Of a stretch of 64,000 nt of DNA, positions 25,749 through 39,391 are shown piece after piece (within the stretch, counting starts at the first letter, position 1; each line of letters starts with the position of its first letter). Location: NCBI GenBank assembly GCA_964016885.1, contig OZ024740.1, positions 125,054,001 to 125,118,000 of the forward strand, written 5' to 3'. This stretch comes from Eledone cirrhosa (lineage: Eukaryota). Under the pieces are notes generated by a model, which saw nothing but the letters and a program-made list of their open reading frames with translations, ran no database searches and was not told the DNA's origin. The position numbers were made by a program, and so were the translations under genes.

Positions 25749-25769
25749 TTTAATTTATATTCCTTTGAA

Positions 25770-25889
25770 GTTCCGATGAGCCGCTCTATTTTTTAAATAT
25801 GTTAATTATTTTCAACTGAACCAGATCAATTATGATATATAGTCATCTGATCCAAAAATATTATATGGAGTAGCGAAACAATTGTAAAC
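25770..25889 (+). ncRNA. Type-I hammerhead ribozyme, U4C core variant with a ~95-nt helix II domain
   Basis: gtt-CCGATGA-gccgctctat...atggagtagc-GAAA-caattg-TA-aac; palindromic helix III ACAATTGT; GUA triplet. Confidence 0.7.
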
Positions 25890-25922
25890 GGACATTATTA
25901 TTATTAATATTATTATGAAAAT

Positions 25923-26112
25923 GGTGGATTGGCAGTATCGGTAGAGGGGCGGACGCTATGCTTTGACGCATAGAGTTACGTCCCTTCCCATTCTGAGCTC
26001 AAATCCCGCCGAGGTTAACTTTGACTTTCATCCTTACGGGGTCGATAAAATAAAGTACCTGTAATACACTGGGATAATTGCTGGCCTTGTGCCAAAAGTA
26101 GAAACAATTATT
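25923..26112 (+). mobile_element. SINE family A inserted in an (ATT)n tract of the pLTR
   Basis: Full-length match; absent from the homologous left arm; ttattattaatattatta duplicated on both sides. Confidence 0.92.
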
Positions 26113-26225
26113 ATTAATATTATTATTATTATACTCTACATTCCTTACATCAAACTAAAATATGTTGACAATCTTTTAATAATGTCTTCCTTGTGTAATT
26201 TGTGGTCTTGTTTTGCTTAATTAAA

Positions 26226-26759
<534 letters not shown>

Positions 26760-26783
26760 ATATATATATGTATATATATATAT

Positions 26784-26874
26784 ATTTATTAAAGTAACAG
26801 ATTAAAGTTTCAGCAAAGATTTGCTTAAATCACTTAAATCTTTGCTTAAACTTTAATCTGTTATTTTAATAAAT
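26784..26874. repeat. ~90-bp fold-back palindrome at the end of a probable PLE terminal fragment
   Basis: tttattaaagtaacagattaaagtttcagcaaagattt / aaatctttgcttaaactttaatctgttattttaataaa. Confidence 0.85.
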
Positions 26875-27007
26875 ATTTGCTGTACGGTTCTTATATATCT
26901 GATATATATTTATCCTTATCGAGCCATCTTTGGATTTTAGTCTTCAAATTTATTATTATTACTATGTATATATATATGTATATTTATTAAAATAACAGAT
27001 TAAAGTA

Positions 27008-27103
<96 letters not shown>

Positions 27104-27115
27104 TATACATATATA

Positions 27116-27797
27116 ATCATCATCATCATCATCATCATAGTTTAACGTCCATATTCCACGCTTGCATGGGTTTGGAGTTTTCCCACTTGAGGCAAGAGTG
27201 GTTGTCTTGCTCGCATAGGACTGTCTGGCGGGTTTTCTACGGCTGGATGCCCTTCCTAACACCAACAACATTTACAGTGTGTAACTGGGAGGTTTTTACC
27301 GTGTTACCTACACGGCCACATTACAGCGTGGACTGTGTGTTTTTTTGTCGTGACACCTACACGACCTCATTTGTTTCGGCCTGGATGTTGAGGTAACAAC
27401 ATAACTTTACATTCGAAGGGGCGGTGTAGATGGGACTGGAGGTAGTGGGACGGGGTGTATTTTGTTAGAGGTGCCTACTGACTGTAGTAGGTTTTACTTT
27501 GTATTTAGGTAAGGCGGGTCTTCTCTATTACTGTGTACCGTCAAAGATCTCGGTCCAGTGACATTGTCTTGGAGAGGTGTAAGTGTGTGTGGTCGGAATT
27601 TATCCAGTCGTCCCAGATTTTTCTGGGTCTGCCTACTCCGTGGCTACCGTCTATTTTTATTGCCCTGAACTTTTTTATACAGCTGTCGTCTTTCATGCGC
27701 ATCACGTGACCATACCAACGTAGCCTTCTCTCGAGTAAACAACATCTGATCACTCTTATTTCTAATGTTTCCCTTAGTTCGTTAATGCTTTGCCGTT
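27116..27797 (-). mobile_element. RTE LINE family 2, 3' end
   Basis: RRLRWYGHVMR...GRPRK; 3' UTR and (GAT)n tail; near-identical to 57270-57952. Confidence 0.93.
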
Positions 27798-28702
27798 AGC
27801 AATAAATACCAGAGTGTAGTGTTCATCAATACAACCCCTAGAGGTGAATTAGCTTACAAATTTAGAAGGGCCCTAGATAAACATAAACTCAATATTAAGA
27901 TAGTAGAAAGACCAGGTACCTTCATAAAAACACTTATTAGCAAGACATACCCATTTCAAAGGCTTCCCTGTATAGATAAGAAATGTATAATCTGTAAACT
28001 AAGCCCCTATATTAACTGTAAAACTAGAAATGTAGTATATAGCATAAGATGTACTGAAGGACAATGTAGAGATAAGAATATACATAGGTGTACATAGTAT
28101 AGGAGAACGGATAAATGAACACTGGCGAGAGCTTCAACATAGTAAAGAATCATATGTACTCCACCAACATGCTAAAATAGAACATAAGGATAAATTAGAG
28201 AACATAGAAATAAAAATAGAATCTACACACAGAAAAGACGCAATGTTTAGGCAAATCACAGAGGCAGTAAACATAAATGAACTCCAACCAAATTAAATAG
28301 AAAACATGAATGGAATAGCAACATCACAACTTACAATTAAGGACAAAATGAAAACACACACACACACATAGAACAAACAACCAACCAGTAACATGTAAAT
28401 AAACAAATAAATAAACAAATATAAACACACACAGACACCCGGATGTAACACATGCTCAAACTAAGCACACAACACACACACAAAAAAGATGGCGTAGGAC
28501 AGAACAAAGGAGAAGCACAAAAACAAAGAAAATAATCCCCAATCAGGTCACAGAATGTGTGACGAAAGAACTTTAACAATCGCCTGGTTGTGGAACCAAC
28601 CAACCAACCGGAAATTTATAACTTCCTAAATTTATAAATTTAATTTATAATAAATTGAAGTGAAAGCATCGGTGCGTGTGTTTCTTATTGGCAACATGAC
28701 CC
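27797..28702 (+). mobile_element. PLE family 1, 3' part (GIY-YIG + pLTR)
   Basis: ORF 27819-28097 matches family 1; 28300-28702 is the reverse complement of the 15.55-15.95 kb pLTR. Confidence 0.92.
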
Positions 28703-28711
28703 TATATATAT

Positions 28712-29921
28712 AAATTCCAAACCTGGAAGCAGGGACTAGAGAGAAAGGGTCTCAAAGTCAACATGACAAAGACTAAGGTCCTTGTAAGTAGACGAGAAAA
28801 CAGAACCCAGATCCCCTCAGGGAAATGGCCTTGCTCAGTATGTAGGAAAGGTGTAGGTAGGAACTCCATTCTTTGCCCCAAATGCAAACAATGGGTACAC
28901 AAGAGATGTAGCGGGATCTCAGGAAGCTTAATTAAGAATGTAGGCTTCACATGCAGCTGCTGTGCTGGGACAGCAAGCAGAAAACAGCCACAGGAAACAA
29001 GTACCAGCAATCTCTGGGAGGGCTCTGTAGAGACAGTAGACTGCTTCTGCTACCTAGGTGACCGAATTAGCAGTGGAGGTGGGTGTTTAGAAAGTACAAT
29101 GACTAGGGTAAGAACGGGATGGAAGAAGTTCAGGGAACTACTGCCACTGCTAGCTGCAAAAGGCTTCTCCCTCAAAATGAAAGGCAGACTGTATGATGCG
29201 TGTATCCGAACAGCAATGTTACATGGTAGTGAGACCTGGGCGCTGAAGGTGGAAGACTTACGTCGATTAGAAAGAAACGAAGCCTGCATGCTCTGATGGA
29301 TGTGTAATAGTAATATACGCGAACGACAAAGCATAAATGAATTGAGAGAGAGACTGAGCATAAGAGGAATCAAATGCTGTGTGCAGGAGAGGTGGTTGCG
29401 TTGGTATGGACATGTGATGCGTATGAAGGATGACAGCTGCATAAAAAAGGTGCAGAGCACTAGAAGTCAATGGAAACCGCGGAGTGAGAGACCCAAGAAG
29501 ACCTGGGATGAGGTGATAAAAGCCGACCTTTCCCAATTACACCTCTCAAAGGCGATGACACACGGCCGTGACCTCTGGCGTCATGCAGTAATACAGAGTA
29601 CCCGACCTCCCATGGGTACAAGCTGAATCATATAGACAATATGCCCCACACCCTCCCACTGCAAGGTGGTCGTGGAGGTGCCACAGCAAAAAAGCACCCA
29701 GCCCACACTGTAAAGTGGACGTGTAGGCGCCACGGAAAAAGCACCCAGCACTCACTGTAAATGAGGTTGGTGTTAGGAAGGGTATCCAGCTGTAGAAATC
29801 AAGCCAAAATCAGTTCCTGTATGAGCAAGGCATGGTCAGCCGACCAAACACTGCCCACAACAGGACAACCCGTCTAACTCATGCTAGCATGGAAGAACGG
29901 ACGTAAAACGGTGATGATGAT
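28712..29921 (+). mobile_element. RTE LINE family 1, 5'-truncated
   Basis: PHD-like finger, FCYLG, LHGSETW, LRWYGHV, 3' UTR and (GAT)n tail. Confidence 0.95.
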
Positions 29922-30215
29922 ACATATGAAGATTTTAGATAAAATTCATGTAGATATAACTACCATTTATGAATTAGCAGTTTTCACTGTGAAAAGAAGG
30001 GAATGAAAACTAGTGATTTGTATGCCCTTTCTACTCCACTTCCATCAGTATAAAAACACAAGAGATTATACTGATGCATTTCAGACATTATTGTGTCCTT
30101 ATTTAATTATCTCTATAATTTTGTGAATATATGCCATACAGAAGAGAGCTAGTCTATTTTGCATGATTTTCATATGTATGCTTTGAGTAATTATTAAATA
30201 AATAATGACCCATAG

Positions 30216-30437
30216 GGTGGTGGATTGACAGTATCAGCAGAGTGTCAGACACACTGTTTTGTGATATTTAGTTATGACTTTCTATGTTCTGAGTTCAAAT
30301 CCTACTAAGGTTAGCTTTGCATTTTATCCTTACAGGGTAAATAAAATAAAGTACCATTAACGGACTGGGTTTGATTTAAGCAACTTTCCCTTCCCCAAAA
30401 ATTGTTGGCCTTGAGCCCAAATCAGAAACTATTATTA
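30216..30437 (+). mobile_element. Older family A SINE
   Basis: ggtggattgacagtatcagcagag...gagttcaaatcc...aaataaagtacc...agaaactattatta. Confidence 0.8.
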
Positions 30438-31064
30438 CATAAATAATAAATATTTGTCCTAGAACGCAACATATATATAAGATTTCTCTATTGGAAGCCT
30501 TCACTGGGTAAGTAGTGAAGTGTGAAGTGTAAATACATTCAACCATTCCCCCTGTACATAGAAAAATATAAGAGGTTATCCTGATGCCTTTATGACATTA
30601 TTGTATCCTCATCAGAGAATAACTATTCTTATGATTCTGTGTATGGAGGATTATTGCTATAGTAATGCTACATATATCATATAGAATATAGCTGAAATGG
30701 TCAGTTTAGTTTACATGATATTCCTATATTTGATACTGTTATTAGATAAATAATATTTATGCCGGAACACAACTTTTTGTCATCGATTTCATGAGGATCA
30801 GAATCATGAGATCTGTATTTACCATTTAGTTTCATGTGTTCCTCTTTGATGCATATTCTACTTTTGTATTTCTCACTATACATATATTCATATATGTATG
30901 TGTGCACATGAGTGTGCATGCATGTTGTGCCTTTTTAGATTGAAATTAAATTGAAATAAATACTGGGTTAAACATGAATGACTATACCCAACTTAGTCAG
31001 AATCCACTGACTGGAATCAGTAAAAGAATAAAATATATATACATTGGCAGAGCAAAGAATAGAA

Positions 31065-31174
<110 letters not shown>

Positions 31175-31309
31175 ATATTTGATAAGAATCAATACTTAAT
31201 TCATCTTAATATATTTACAACATTTATTCTAATATGATTATTCTAATCCATAAAATATGATATATTAGTATGATGTGGTATATGCCACACAAGCTGGGTT
31301 TGCCAATGA

Positions 31310-33262
31310 TTGAAAATATTTGCATACACCCCACAAGCTGAGCGTATCGATGAACAAAAAAACCCTTCCCATGAGGCCTTCCTACAGGGTACTGCAATGA
31401 TAGATGACAACGATCTTATAATCACAGCTGGTGACTATAATGCACCTGTTGGGAAATATAAGGATCGATTCCCTGGTATACATGGAAGCTATGGATATGG
31501 CACAAGAAATGAGTTGGGAACTAGGATTCTGGAGTTCTGTGATGTTCCTGACTTAGCGATCTGTAACACAAACTTCAAGAAACAAACCAAACACCTGATT
31601 ACCAACCAATCAAGGGGACATACAAGCCAAATAGACTTCATCCTCACCAGAAAATGAGACAAGCAATTGGTCGCAAATAACTGGAGAGGGATGTACCTCC
31701 TAACATAAATTAGTTGTCATTGACCTTAGAGTAAAAGCTAGGTGGACCAAGAGACAAAAGCCAGTCTGGAGAAGGAAGACTTGGAAGCTGAAAGAACCTT
31801 CTGTAAGTAACACATTTAGAGAAATCCTTCTTGATGCTTAGGACAGTAAAGAAGAAGAGTTGGGAATATATGACAGAGAAAATTTGGAAATTTCTACAAG
31901 AGAGCCCACTGGAAGCCACAAGCCAGGTCTGTGGATAGAGCAAAGTCCCACTATGACAAAGGGAGACACTGCTGAACATGGAAAGTGAATGGAATAGTGA
32001 AAGTTGACAGCAGTATAATAGATAAAGTAATTAAGGACATGAAGGTAGGGAAAGCAGCTGGACTATCTGGTATAGTCACTGATATGCTAAAAGCATCTGG
32101 CATGGTAGGATACTAGCTAGCCAGAGGCATAGTTAATCAAATAGTACAGGAAGGTGTCATACCCAATGAATGGTGCAGCAGTGTCATTGTAAATTGCTGC
32201 AAAGGAGATACACTAGAAAGAAATAACTATAGAGGCATCAAGTTAATAGATGAGGTCATGAATGTTCTGAAATGGTTATAGCATAACTAATCAGGGACAA
32301 AATCAAATTAGATGAGATGCAGTTCAGATTTATGCCAGGTACGGGAACTACTGATGCCACCTTTCTGGTGAGACAACAACATGAGAGCTATTTAGCTAAG
32401 AGTAAGACACTGTACCTAGAATTTGTAGTTCCAGAGAAGGCTTTTGACAGGGTCTCACACTATAATCTGGTGAGCACTTAGGAAGCTAGGTGTAAACGAA
32501 TGGTTATGAGGGCCGTGCAGGCCACATATAGAGGAGGAATCAATAGAGTGGGAGTTGGCAATGAGTTCAGGGATGAATTTGAAGTGTAGGTGGGGGGCCC
32601 ACCAGGGATCAGTCCTCAGTTCACTCCTACTTATCATTGTACTTCAGGCCATTACTGAGTATTTTAACATTGGCACCATGGGATCTCTTTTATGCTGATG
32701 ATCTAATCCTCATAGCTTAGTCTGTAGGAAGTTAGAGGCAAAATGTTAAGCATGGAAGAAGAATCCAGAGCTGAATGTTCTAAAAGAAAATTTAATAAAG
32801 ACGAAAGTCATAATAAGTATGAAACAAGACAGGAAAGTGATACCTTCAGGAAAGTGGCCATGCTCAATATGTCAGAAAGGGGTGGGTAGAAATTCCATAA
32901 GGTATACACAATGCAAAGTATGGATGCTCAAGAGATGTAGTGGGTTTGCTTGATAGACATTATACACGGCAGTTGCACAGGGGAAGTAAGCATAAATAAC
33001 ACATGAAATAGATTCCCTCCGCTACTAGGGTAGCTCTCTAAAAGTTGTTGACGGCTGTTGCTAATTAGGCGATCAAATTAGTAGTGGGGAAGGATGAACT
33101 GAAATTTTGATAGCTAGGATAAGATGTGGATGGAAGAAGTTCAGAGATCTATTACCACTGTAACAACAAAAAGCTTTTCTCTCAGAGTGAAGGATAGACT
33201 GTATAATGACTGTGTGCAAACCAGAATGTTACATGGCAGTGAAACATGGGCTTTGACTGCAG
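31310..33262 (+). mobile_element. Old RTE LINE (APE + RT) with many disruptions
   Basis: AYTPQ, AGDYNAPVG, CNTNFKK, QIDFIL, NYRGIKL, YADD, LHGSETW. Confidence 0.9.
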
Positions 33263-34612
33263 TTAATCCAATCTCTGCCTTTTTCTCATATTTTCATTGC
33301 ATATCCAATGAAGCACAGCTGCTTCCTTTCTCTCCAGTCTATGCATGTCTTTAGCAGTCACTGCCCATGTTTCACTACTATGCAGCGTTGCACTTCACAC
33401 ACAGGCATTGTACAGTCGTCCTTTTGTATGTCAGGGTCAACAGTGGGTGTAGCCCTCTAAGCTTATTGCATCCTATTCTTATTCTATCTATTATAATCTC
33501 AGAGCACCCTCCTCTACTTCTGATTAAGTCACCTAGATATCAGAAGTTATCAACTACATCTATGGATCCTTCCTGTGACTTAAAGAGGTTAATATCACTG
33601 CAACTCTACCCTTGATTACTCCTGTGTATCTACTACATATAAAGTCTTCTTTGCCTATTAGTACATCTCTTGTGTGTACTCAATACTTAAATTGTGTATA
33701 CCACATGGAGTTTATGCCTGCCCCTTTTCTACATATGGAGCAGGCCCACTCCCCTGAAGGAAGCAGAGTCCTATCTTCTTTCCTACTCATTAGCACTTTA
33801 GTTTTGGTTAAATTTATTCTCAGAAACTTTGATTCCAAATTCCGTTTCCATAGTTGGAACTTATTTTTTAGTTGTTTCATGGATTTGGCTATAAGGATAA
33901 AATCATCTGCATAGAAAAGTTCTCATGACAGCCAGTTTTAAACTCTTCTGTTATGGCCTGCAGAACTATAATGAACAGCAGTGGGCTAAGAACTGAACTC
34001 CTACCTGTACCACAAATTCCTCACTAAACTCACTTCCTACTCTCATTTTACCGACAGCTCCTGGTTACATGGCTTGCACTGCGCTCGCCAGCCATTCTTC
34101 TACAACTAATTTCCCTTAAGACCACCAGATAATAGATCAAGGTACCCTTTGAAAGGCCTTTTCTTGATCAACACCAGCTAAATATAGTGGCTTGTTCTTG
34201 GCGAGGAAATTCTCTTGTAGTTGCCTCACTAAGAATAAAGCATCTGTATTACTTTTCCTAGGCAAGAAACCAAACTGCATCTGATCAATTTGTACTCTTT
34301 CCTTAATTAGTTGTGTTATAACTCTTTCCATTTCTTTCAAAACTTGGTCCATTAGTTTTATTGCCCTGTAATCGCTCCTTTCTATAACACCCCCTTTGCA
34401 CTTGTAGCAATTTATGATTCTACTGCTGCTTCAGTCATTTGGTATGGCTCCGTTCTGTATTACCTGATTAACTATGTGGGTTACTTCTCCAGATGCTTTT
34501 AGCATCTCCGTAACTATCTCTGATGATGCCACAGTTTTATCATTCTTCATCTCTCTGACAGCTTCTTTGACCATTTAACTGTCAACTTCAATAGCTTGTT
34601 CTTCTGTTAGTT
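33262..34612 (-). mobile_element. Old RTE LINE (RT region)
   Basis: MDQVLK...QFGF...DQEKAFQRVP, LFYADD, INLTKTKV. Confidence 0.88.
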
Positions 34613-35001
34613 AAGTTGTTGGTAGTATATATATGCATTACAAGAAAAAAAACATACAGACAAGAAGATCGAAGTTGATAGATAGGGAGCAGCCCTTTCC
34701 TCTATATACCAGGTTATTTTGTAATTCATTTATGTTATTTTGTTTAAGAGTCCTATTGTAATAAAATATTTGTGTCCCCTACACAAATGAAATTTTTTAA
34801 AATGTCACCTATGCATAGCTGAAAAATTCCATATATCTATATGTATATATTTTTAAATAAATATTATATGAATTAATTTCTAAATGTAGGCCCCAGGAAA
34901 AGTATTTATTGAACCAGTTCCAAATACAAACAGGCTAAATTTTCACACTAAAAATTCTGATACACGACCCAGAAACATTGACACATTGGTTTATAATGTA
35001 C

Positions 35002-35439
35002 AGGCACATGGCTTAGTGGCTAGAGCATTGGGCTTGCAATCAAAAGGTTGTGAGTTCAATTCTCAGACCGGGTGATGTGTTGTTTCCTTGAGCAAGACAC
35101 TTTATTTCACATTGCTCCAGTTTACTCAGCTGTAGAAATGAGATGATAGGACTGGGGTCCCTATCATTCCACTGCAAAGTGGTCGTGGAGGTGCCACGGC
35201 AAAAGAAGCACCCAGCCCACACTGTAAAGTGGACCTGTAGGCGCCACGGAAAAAAAAGCACCTAGCACTCACTGTAAATGAGGTTGGTCTTAGGAAGGGC
35301 ATCCAGCTGTAGAAATCAAACCAGAATAAGTTCCCATATGAGCAAGTAAAGGTCAGCCGACCGGACACTGCCCACAACAGGACAACCCGTCTATCCCATG
35401 CTAGCATGGAAGAATGGACACAAAAATGATGATGATGAT
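35002..35439 (+). mobile_element. CORE-type SINE family B with a long RTE family 1 3' UTR tail
   Basis: tRNA head + CORE, then from ~35170 colinear with the RTE 3' UTR at 52550-52820. Confidence 0.9.
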
Positions 35440-36675
35440 AAATTCTAACATTTTACATTGTAAGTACATTTTCTTGAACCCAAATGTCACCTAGAGTCAA
35501 CTTCTGCATGGATATATATTGAATTATAACGAAAATATATTTACAAAATCTTTGAAAACCGTTTAATGTGTGTGTGGTTGTGAGTGTGCGCATGTGTGTA
35601 TGTGTGTGTGTGAGAGAGAGTGTGTATGTGTGTGTGCATATGAGAGAGTGTGTTATATTAATATATTGTCATCATCATTGTATGTATGTGAATGTATATA
35701 GTGATATGAATGCATGTTTATGCATGCAGGTATACACCTGTCTATATTTGTGAGGAGACATATGTATGTATTTTCTGTGTTAGGTGGGGGTGTTGTAACA
35801 CATAAGGACTACATAATTTTGATAGATCAATTTTATATTTACATATTTTAAAGTATGTTGCACACAAATATATTTATGTATGTATGTTTTGTGCAACTAA
35901 AGTTTTATAGATATAAGATGTGTGTATATGCAGCTACATATGAATGTTCATATTTATATACATTATTATGTGATGATGTGCATAATAAACATCCAGACTA
36001 TTTTCATTTATACACTATTTTTATTGCTATTTGGTGTTTTTGTTTTGTTATAAAGTGTGTACAGAGAATTGAAACTTGATGGCTTTGTGATATCAGCCTT
36101 CGTATTGATGTGCGTATATATATATATTGATCTGTGTGAATGTGTAGATGTAAGTGTGTGTACATATTTTATGTAAGTGCCACTGAATGATATGTGTGCA
36201 TATAAGTGTATGTATGTGTATGCATGTGTGTGTGTGTGTGTATGTATTTATATGTGCTAAGAATCATGTGTCTGGCATTCTCAAATGGCTATTGAGATAG
36301 CTGCGACATGATCACAGATTACAATATTCATAGCATATTAATCATACATAAACAAATTGTATATGCATTCAACATACCTATATATATATATATATATATT
36401 CCTTTTATATATCTCTATGGGACGTTATATCTACACCTTTAATATATGGCATGTTTATTTTTTATATATGTGTATATACGTATGTGTATATGTGTATATG
36501 TGTAGATATGTGTGTGTATATATGGGTATATATGTGTATGATTATATTGTTTATATATGTGCATGCTTATAACAAAATGCATCATTCATGCATGACCAAT
36601 TGTACGACCCATTGTGTATCCTTATATGGCCTTGTGTATATATCCTATTTGTGTATATATATATATATATATATA

Positions 36676-37482
36676 TTTAGTGAATTGGTCACAGGGTTAT
36701 TTACTTTGGTTAACGCCACTGCCGGCCAACCACTAATTAAATTCGATACAGATATAATAAGGTTAACAAACTTACTCGTGAGTGAACTGGCGGAGATCCG
36801 GTCGCCAAATAATCAGCATGGTAAATTAAATGTTATTGAGACACGAGTAACATAATAATGATTTCAACAGCAGAAATTAGAGATGAAATGTATGTTTATT
36901 TTTGTTGTAGCACAAATAATTGTTTCTACTTTTGGCACAAGGCCAGCAATTACTCAGTACATTACTGGTACTTTATTTTATCGACCCCGTAAGGATGAAA
37001 GGCAAAGTTAACCTCGGCGGGATTTGAACTCAGAATGGCAAGGGCAGTAACTCTATGCGTCAAAGCATGGCGTCCAACTCTCTAACGATACTGCTAATTC
37101 GCACAAATAATTGTTTCTACTTTTGGCACAAGGCCAGCAATTACCCAGTGTATTACTGGTACTTTATTTTATCGACCCCATAAGGATGAAAGGCAAGGTT
37201 AACTTGTATGGTTGAAGTTACACATAAAAATAAGGTTACAGAAGGGAATGTGTCATTGCGCCGGAAAGTCGGCAGGTTGAGGTGCAAAATCTCTCTGTCA
37301 CATGTACGTGTTGCTGGTTCGAAGTCCCTGGTGCGAGAGAGAGAGATTCTTCAAATCTTCGCGGGTAATTTCTCCCTCAGGACGCGTAGGGATACATCCT
37401 TTTCTACTTGCGCTGATTGGCTGAGCTGAGCCAAATCACGCACAGAGAATGTATGTGAGCCCGCAGAATTTAGGTCACTACA
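36676..37482 (-). repeat. 3' LTR (contains two family A SINE pieces at ~36915-37100 and ~37105-37204)
   Basis: Direct repeat of 42008-42804; termini TGTAGTGA...TCACTAAA; preceded on the minus strand by PPT-like ctggtcggaggtgat. Confidence 0.95.
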
Positions 37483-38130
37483 ATCACCTCCGACCAGATT
37501 TTTAATATAAATCGTAAAACAAACGATAGCATGGAGGAACTAGAAGTTGTAACTTGGTGCAAGAAAAATTCCTGTAGTATATAACAACGAAGCCAAAGCC
37601 TTACAAGGTACTTTTTACAAGTTATTGAAACCGGTTTCAAAACGAACAATATAGAGGTGAAATAGGTTAATGCATGCAAGCATTACACAAAAAATATACA
37701 ACAAATGCAATAATTATACACATGCCGCAATAAATGCAAAATGCATTAAAAATACCATTCGCAGTAAGGGTCCCAAATGCGTTAAATAAAAAAAAATGTT
37801 TTGCTAGGCAATGAAAATGCCATATGTAGCAAAGCTATGAAAATGCACTAAAAAAATGGACTGTGTCAGAATTGACAACAGTCGTAATTTTACGAAAAAT
37901 AACATATATTGACACTGCCGTAGGCAGTCAAGAATCAAAAAGCAACACAATGAAATATAAAGCAAAAACAATTGGAAGAAAAGAATACAATTCAGTTTAT
38001 ATTACTGCATAGCTTACGGGGCCAATGCACCCTTCGCCCAGAACGGGTCGTAGTTCTGTATGTTCATGGTGGTGGGGGGAAAGAAGAAATAGGCGTATGT
38101 GGCAAAGAAAAAGAAGGGGGCATTTGAGTT

Positions 38131-39355
38131 TCAAGTGTCATTGTCCAGGTTTGCTCGTTTGAGACGATCAACGGAAACCGTTTCCCTGGAACCCCGAATG
38201 TCCAGTGTGAAATGTTTGTCTGTGCGAGCAAGCACACGATAGGGTCCAGAGTACGGCCGTGTGAGAGGGGGTCTCACAGCGTCGTCTCTAACGAACACAT
38301 GTGTCCACAAGGCAATATCCTTTGGGACGGCAGTTTTTACAGTTTGCTTCCTAGTGTCCATCGGTGGTAAATCCTGGAAGTAAGAATGAAGCCGGGACAC
38401 GTAGGAAGCGGGATCCTGCGAAGCAAGATCAACAGGAGAAAGCATTTGCCCCGGTAACGCAAGAGGAGTACCATAAATGAATTTGGCCGGGGAGAACCCA
38501 AGGTCCACCTTTATTGTCGACCGAATACCTAACAACACAATAGGTAGGTACTCACTCCAACGTGAAGAGTCCATTGAAGCCCTTAAAGAGTCTTTAAGCT
38601 GTCAGTGGAATCTTTCCACCATTCCGTTGGATGCTGGATGATATGCCGTGGTTCTTATGCGAGTGGCGCCAATAATGTGTGTTAATTCACGGAAGAGATT
38701 CGATTCAAATTGACGACCGCGGTCTGTTGTTATTGTGGTTGGTACTCCAAAACGAGCGATCCATGCAGATACGAGAGTACGCGCTGTCGTTTCAGCAATG
38801 ATATCTGTCATAGGGATGGCTTCAGGCCAACGCGAAAAACGGTCAACGATCGTCAAAATATACGAATAACCACGACTAATCGGCCACGGGCCGACGATGT
38901 CCACATGAATGTGACGAAATCTGACACCAGGACAGGTCAAAGTTCCGAGAGGAGTTTAAACGTGCTTATAAACTTGACTTTTGGCAAGCGACACAGGAAC
39001 GGCACCAAGCAGCAATGTCACGTCTCATATCAGGCCAGAAAAATCTGGCTGTTATGAGTTTTACTGAGGCTGATACTCCAGGGTGAGAAATGCCATGTAA
39101 AGCGAGAAACACAGTTCGTCGATGTTCCACTGGGACTAGAGGTCGTGGTGAGTCCAACGAAACATCACACAGTATTTGTCCGTCAGCAGTTGAGATCGGA
39201 ATGTATTTCAGTTTGCAATGTACAAACTCTGGCGATGTAACATCCAACGATTCGAGAGTGGGTTGAGCAGCTGCCATTCGATGTAAATCTATCTCCTCGG
39301 AAGACGAAATCGATGCGATCGGCAGGCGAGACAGCGCATCGGCCGCTGTATTCAA
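38131..39355 (-). pseudogene. Gypsy integrase, disrupted
   Basis: HxxxH..CxxC zinc finger, [26 protein letters not shown] motif. Confidence 0.92.
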
Positions 39356-39391
39356 AGAACCCGGAATATGTTGAATGTCGTTCGTGAACTG

